From Azolla caroliniana (lineage: Eukaryota; Plantae; Polypodiophyta), in NCBI GenBank assembly GCA_043228905.1, contig JBHGNT010000009.1:21824001-21888000 (forward strand): DNA of 64,000 bases, in the 5' to 3' direction. Positions 58,401-64,000 of the stretch are shown here, piece by piece. Numbering within the stretch: position 1 is the stretch's first letter; each line of letters begins with the position of its first letter. A program made the translations under genes and the position numbers. The notes below the pieces were generated by a model, which was not told the origin of the DNA, made no database searches, and was given only the letters and a program-made list of their open reading frames with translations.

Positions 58401-61237
58401 AGTCTATAGGGCATACTTAGAGAATAACCTTATCATTACAGGGGGAAAATGTTACGCCTGTAGTAGGTGCTGAATGTTGTTTAATCCATGATACCTGAAG
58501 GTAGACATTTGGAGGACATTAAACATAAACATTTTTAGTGACAATTATTAGGAACTTGAATGTAGTGCATTAAAATCTTCCATCATCATTATGGACAGAG
58601 GTCGCTAAATAAATAACATTTTGCCATATCAATCCACCATTAGCAATGGAAGGATTCATCAAAATGCATGATGTGGAGGATGATAAACAATGGAGATGTA
58701 TCCTCATTGATATCTGCTCCTGTAAAGACAACAGACTACAAAAAAGATTAATACCTTAGAACTCCGTCCAGTGGTATCCCAAAGATGTATAGAGCCATCA
58801 TCTCCAGCTGTCACTAAAAGATGTCTGCTCAATCTTGAAGAATCCAGCACTCTCAAAACCTATATCCAGTAAACTGTATGAAATTAGCACCTCATGCAGA
58901 TGTTCCACCATGTATTGTGCCTTCAAGTTAACCAGTGGCTCATGTTAATTATGGCTTCCAACATTCACCTGACCCTGAGGATCTTTTAATTCTGCAGCCC
59001 GGGTTCCTGACGCAAGATTGTGTAGAATCAAATCTCCTTTAACGCTAATGGAAGCTAGATGCTCATCTTTATTGTTATAAATTACACCTGTAATTGTGTC
59101 AGTGTGTCCTTTCAGCCACTTTATGCAACGTTTCCGTTGCATGTCCCATATTCTGACCACCTTCCCAGTACCACCTGAAGAAAGATATCTTGAACCCTTT
59201 GAACTAAAGCTGATAGCTAAAATAGACTCCTGCATAACAATAATTAATCTGCATAAGGTATCACCATAAATATGTTGAATTGGTCGGTTTATACTACTTT
59301 TAGAACAATAAGATGGCTAAAATTACAATATGGACAAATAAGATAAGAAAAAATGAATCAGCAGAATGCAGAATTCAATAAGCCCTTGTGTCACATATGT
59401 TTTATTTGCAATGCTGTCATTACTTGAATACATAAATTCCACTTCAAATCATGCCTACCTGAGTTTGTACAAGCCTTTCCGTCTTGGTATGCTTTACTCT
59501 CATAATGTGTTAGCCGTCTCTTGTGCTTTACAATTATTTCGTTAGTGATCAGCTGTCTTGTTTTTTTCCATATTGACCATTCTATTTCCATTTTGTGAGC
59601 TCTATCCCCTCACTTCAATCCATTGAGCACTCATGATATGGTATCAAGGCCTACCTTATTGTTCATTTCAAGTCAGGGGTTTTACCTATGTTTTACGATT
59701 TTCCAAACATCATTCAATACTAAAGATTGTAGCATTCGGCCACCTTGTCTTGATTTCAGCATGAGCACAGCTAGCCTATTCACTCCTATTGACCTAGATT
59801 TCCTTAATTGCTATCTTCAATTTCAGCATGAGCACAGCCCGCTGGTTCAGTCCCATCTACATAGATTTTCTTCCTTGCACAATGAATTCTAATACAGCCC
59901 ATACTCCTCGGTCACAGATGAGAGAAAAATATCAGATAAAACGATCTTGACTAGAACTGGTGTGATGCTTTAGTGGAGCCGAAGCATTGTTATTGCTCAC
60001 TGCCTTGCTCCACCCATGGAAAATTGCTGATATTGGCATTGTTTTCGCAGTGAATTGAAAACTTGTTAACACAGCCTCTATGTTGAAGAAAAATTGTTCT
60101 AATTATGCATTCAAATTTCCAAGCTTCCTCATTCGAAGATATTGATAGAAATGAACGGTCATCAGAAGCTGACTTGGAAGCTGGTTTCATGACCCAAATG
60201 AAATCCAAAATCATATGGTTTCTCTACACGCATTTTACATTTCAGTTCTATCTGTGTATTAATTATTTCTGTCATAGACATGGTATATAACAAGCACAAG
60301 AGATTTTACTTTATTTTTTTCAATTGTGCACACTTGGCTTGCCCTTATTGCAGCAAGTCGAATCTATCCAATAGCATGTATGCCTCATCTGACCACATTG
60401 TCAAGCATGAAAGATGCAAGAAAATAGTGACCCTAGTAGTTTGTGATTATAGCTGACAGAAACAGTCAGAAACTTTCTTCATTTCTAAAATTAGGGAAAC
60501 AGTATTTCCGGTTTTAATTTATTTTTTATGTCAAATTCAAAGCACCATGTGATCCTCTCGGGAACAGTTACATCCTATCAAACTAGGTAGTTAATTATAG
60601 TAAACAAGAGCCAAGTGCATTCATTAATTAATGAAGAGATTCAGGAAAGTCATTTGCACTCACATTAATATTGTCTCCAGTGTCACTACCAGAATGTGAA
60701 ATGGACCCAAGGTTTTGACCATTTTTCATCCACAAAGAGATTTTCCGGTCCTCACCAGCACTGGCAACAACAATATCTACATATACATATAGCAAAGTTA
60801 CTAATACTTTGTTAAAATACTAGAGAAATTACAAACATCCCAGGTAGTAGAATAGGGAGCATAGTTAATCTTTGATATACCAAAAGCACTAAAAAAATCT
60901 CACGCAAAAACAAAGTAGTATGGTAGAGATAAAAACAACAGTATCTGTACATCAATAGACCAGAATCCTATGGAACTTTGTGGAACTTTGTTCAATTAAA
61001 CAGCTAAACAAATCTCAGACAGAAAGACAGCACAAGAGCAAAGAGAACAAAATTAAAACTGAAGATTGAAAAGGAAAAGAGGCGCGTACTTGTGTGATTC
61101 CATTTAACAGTGTTAACTTGAGAGCCAGGAGATGGTGAATATTGACAAGAACAAGGATCTCCTGTCTCTACCGAAACGTCAAAAAGCTTAACTGTGTCTC
61201 CCCCACAGGCAGAGATGAGGCATTGTCCAAAACTCAT
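55457..61237 (-). CDS. NEDD1: NEDD1/GCP-WD, gamma-tubulin ring complex targeting WD40 protein, about 11 coding exons
   Basis: Exons approx. 61237-61089, 60776-60664, 59230-58969, 58859-58755, 58494-58429, 58318-58097, 57295-56719, 56621-56344, 56262-55968, 55858-55677, 55564-55457. N-terminus GGDTVKLFD...VKWNHTN.VVASAG; WD40 repeats; C-terminus [10 protein letters not shown]...[17 protein letters not shown]...[12 protein letters not shown]. Confidence 0.95.
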
Positions 61238-61507
61238 CCTGGATCACTAATCTCAGAGGGAAAGAATGCGGTTCCGAAGAAGAGGCTATGGCGGATCTGA
61301 ACAGACGATCCAAATCTTTCCGCTAAGCGAGGGAAAACCAAACGACAATGTTGGGATCCTCCTCCTCCTCCTCCTCCTCCTGCTCTCAAGGGCAGGTCAT
61401 CCTCTTTCCTTCCTTGCTCTGCTTTTCTTTGCTTTCTTGAGTTCGTGGAAAAGGATTTCTACTGCTTCGACCTTCTCCCTCCTGCGCCAAAGGATGTCTT
61501 CTTCTTT

Positions 61508-61543
<36 letters not shown>

Positions 61544-61597
61544 CGTGAAGGCGGGGGGGGAAGCTTCAGAAGGAAGCCATTGGTTTAAAATTTGTCC

Positions 61598-61872
61598 TTG
61601 CCATCATCATGCCCATGCCCATATGTATATGTCCATGCCATCTTCATGCCCATGTCCATGCCAATCCACATGCACATGTGCATGCCATCATCATGCCCAT
61701 GCCCATGCACATACCCATGTCGATGCCATCATCGTGCCCATCCATGCACATGCACATGCACATGCCCATGACATACCCTGCCCATGTACGTACCCATGTC
61801 CATGCCATCATCATGCCCATCCATGCACATCCACATGCCCATGCACATACCCATGTCCATGCCATCATCCCT
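61598..61872. repeat. CATG-rich low-complexity minisatellite (ccatgc/catgca/catcat units) upstream of NEDD1
   Basis: Directly visible. Confidence 0.9.
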
Positions 61873-62113
61873 CCCGCATAGTAATAAAGAGGCTTGGTGA
61901 GGAAATCACGGTCACGAAGGACGGTGTAGGCTGCACATTCCGAAGGGCGCGTGTGAACTGCACCGTCAGATCCTTATCCACACAAAAAAAGTGTGTGTGT
62001 ACGTAATTTACCCGACTCTGTCCAGCCTCAGTCACATCGAACCCAAGCTAATGAAATTTCTAACCCGGCTCTTTCCAACCTTTATCACGTCTAACCTGGG
62101 CCAATAAAATTTA

Positions 62114-62426
62114 GGGAAAAGTACTAGGATACCCCTGGAAGTTCATCTATTTACCAAAATGCCCCTGGAAGTTCCAAATTTACCAAACTACCCCTATGTC
62201 CAAAAAATTACACTTTATAAAGTAATTATACACTCAAATCTTTGGTAAATAGGGCTAGTTCGGGTTCATTTCTTCCATCTTTGGTAAATTGGGCGTGTAG
62301 ATTTGAGTGTATAATTACTTTAAAGAGTGTAATTTTTTGGATATAGGGGTAGTTTGGTAGATTTGGAACTTAACGGGGCATTCTGGTAAATAGACAAACT
62401 TCCAGGGGTATCTTGGTACTTTTCCC
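62114..62426. mobile_element. Mutator (MULE)-type MITE with approx. 127-bp TIRs and 9-bp TSD
   Basis: Begins GGGAAAAGTAC and ends GTACTTTTCCC; TIRs at about 62114-62240 and 62299-62426; TSD taaaattta at 62105-62113 and 62427-62435. Confidence 0.95.
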
Positions 62427-62536
62427 TAAAATTTATAATTGGACGGATAAATTTGCATCCAGGGGTATCTTGGTACTTTTCCATCTAACTTGGTGAACTA
62501 AGAAAAAAGTGATGAGAGAGAGAGAGAGAGAAATAG

Positions 62537-62628
62537 TGCCCAGATGGATGTAGGTCAGTTGGTAAGGTTGCCCAATGGAGACCAGGTGGTCATGGGTTCA
62601 ACCCCTACATTCCACAGTGGCATCTAGT
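62537..62628 (+). mobile_element. tRNA-derived SINE-like head or tRNA pseudogene
   Basis: A-box-like TAGGTCAGTTGG (62551), B-box GGTTCAACCCC (62595); 5' tggatgtagg pairs with 3' cctacattcca; flanked by gaaatag direct repeats; no proper anticodon arm. Confidence 0.6.
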
Positions 62629-62660
62629 GAAATAGAGATATATATGAAGTATATAATAGA

Positions 62661-62734
62661 GAGGTGAGGAAATTGGGTTTCGAACCCAAGACACAGTGCT
62701 TGTAGTGTTATCGACTTACCACTGGGGTAAGCTA
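62661..62734 (-). mobile_element. Second tRNA-derived SINE-like head, opposite strand
   Basis: The minus strand reads ...ccagtggtaag...cttGGGTTCGAAACCCaa (B-box in a T-arm hairpin) with a weak A-box. Confidence 0.45.
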
Positions 62735-63035
62735 ATTACGATAAAAAAAGAGAGAGAAATAGTAGCGATTATGGATGGTGGTGTTTTTTTGTTTCGTTTC
62801 TGTCAGTAGCAAAAAAATGATCGTCATGTGGCAAGTGGTATTTGTGTAGTTTTTCTTCGAATCCATGAATGGAAAAAGATTATATGTTGTGCCCCTAGAT
62901 TTTGGGTGTCTTGAAAACCACAAAAACACGGTTGGAAACAAGAGAATTGAGACAAAAAGAAGATGATTCTTTATCAAGTGAGAGAGGTACAAGTTTACAA
63001 CCATCCCACCATTGGGACAAAAACACAAAAGAGGG

Positions 63036-63097
<62 letters not shown>

Positions 63098-63099
<2 letters not shown>

Positions 63100-63468
63100 C
63101 TATTATCGTCTTCAGAGGTCAAATATGACCTATGAGACCAAAAATATTACATTTCACGTGATACATGTCAAAGTGAGTAGCAAGTCTCGATGTTCGAGAA
63201 CTTTACCAATGAATGTTGCAATCGAGAGTGCACATTGTGGTTGTGAGAGAAATTCATGCAAAGATTGGTCTTGGTCGAAGATGTGTGGAAAGTTGGTCGA
63301 ATATGATCAAAGGTAGAGCATTGTATCAAAGTGTGATACGTAGACTCTCAGACTTGTTTAGGGCAAAGTGTGCGTAGTCAACCATTCTCATCGCTTGTGC
63401 CCCAACGCCCTATCTCACATCGCAATGCATGTAAGCTAAGTCTCATAGAAGCAATGGTTCGAATGGTA
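63098..63468 (-). mobile_element. 5'-truncated RTEX-like LINE 3' end flanked by (GA)n on both sides
   Basis: The minus strand translates STIRTIASMRLSLHALRCEIGRWGTSDENG*LRTLCPKQV*ESTYHTLIQCSTFDHIR; (GA)n at 63040-63097 and 63468-63479. Confidence 0.8.
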
Positions 63469-63485
63469 GAGAGAGAGAGTGTGTG

Positions 63486-64000
63486 TGTTGAGTGACAAGC
63501 TCAACATTGAGTGCGTAATACGATACGTAATCCAGTGCGTAGACTGGGTGCGTAAAACAATACGCATAACATGGCCGTATCGGTGCGTAAACCTCGTAAG
63601 GAATAATTTTGGGAGTTAGTGTAGTAGGCTCATTTATGAGCATTCAAGAACTGTCAGTACTTGTGTCAGCCCAATTGTCAGGGCTTGTATAAAAGGTGCT
63701 CACTGAGCACGATGTATAGAGAGAGAGTCATTATTTTGAATTGGAGTTTTTCTGTTGTCTGCTCTCTCTCTCTTTGTCTCTCCATCTCCATCTTTGCGTT
63801 TCATGTGTTTTATCAAACTGTCTTATTCCTTCGAACTGTGTACTCTATGTTTACGCACATGCTTCCGCACAACGTATTCTTTTACATGGTATCAGAGCGC
63901 GAGGGTTGAAGTCCTCTGCAGCCGACAATCGAAAGCTTGCGACAAAACAGAGTTGAAGTTGTTCTTTGTGTTTTTTCGGAAAAGAAAAAGACAGCAAATA
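63486..64000 (+). mobile_element. 5' LTR (63486-63886) and tRNA-iMet PBS of an LTR retrotransposon that continues beyond the window
   Basis: TGTTG...TTACA, TATAAAA at about 63688, followed immediately by a perfect TGGTATCAGAGC (63887-63898). Confidence 0.9.

Noticed and set aside
61266-62006. 246-aa His/Cys-rich ORF resembling a metal-binding protein
   Set aside because: It is antisense to the NEDD1 leader and built from simple repeats that are open in several frames; no recognisable domain.
62537-62628. Functional tRNA gene
   Set aside because: No canonical D or anticodon arm and no poly-T terminator; kept only as SINE-like.

Overview
AT-rich land-plant nuclear DNA with spliced genes, many transposons and frequent (GA)n microsatellites; a non-seed plant such as a fern is my inference, not something the sequence proves. 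Six host genes are supported: a DUF538 protein, a BZW/eIF5-mimic (5MP) W2-domain protein, mitochondrial FAD-dependent glycerol-3-phosphate dehydrogenase (SDP6), an RNA polymerase III RPC5/Sin-like subunit, an intronless P-class PPR protein and NEDD1/GCP-WD. The most notable mobile element is a full-length L1-clade LINE (13998-20261, minus) with a perfect 17-bp TSD. Its ORF1 and ORF2 are in the same frame, joined by TAA-ATG, and ORF1 ends in a domain I do not recognise. Other elements: 5'-truncated L1s that share its C-terminal peptide and a 3'-UTR motif; three copies of an RTEX-like LINE tail at (GA)n tracts; Ty3 and Ty1 LTR remnants; a hAT MITE (8-bp TSD); a Mutator MITE (9-bp TSD); and tRNA-derived SINE-like heads. 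I found no prokaryote-type system or CRISPR array. Exon boundaries were read by eye and no database search was run.
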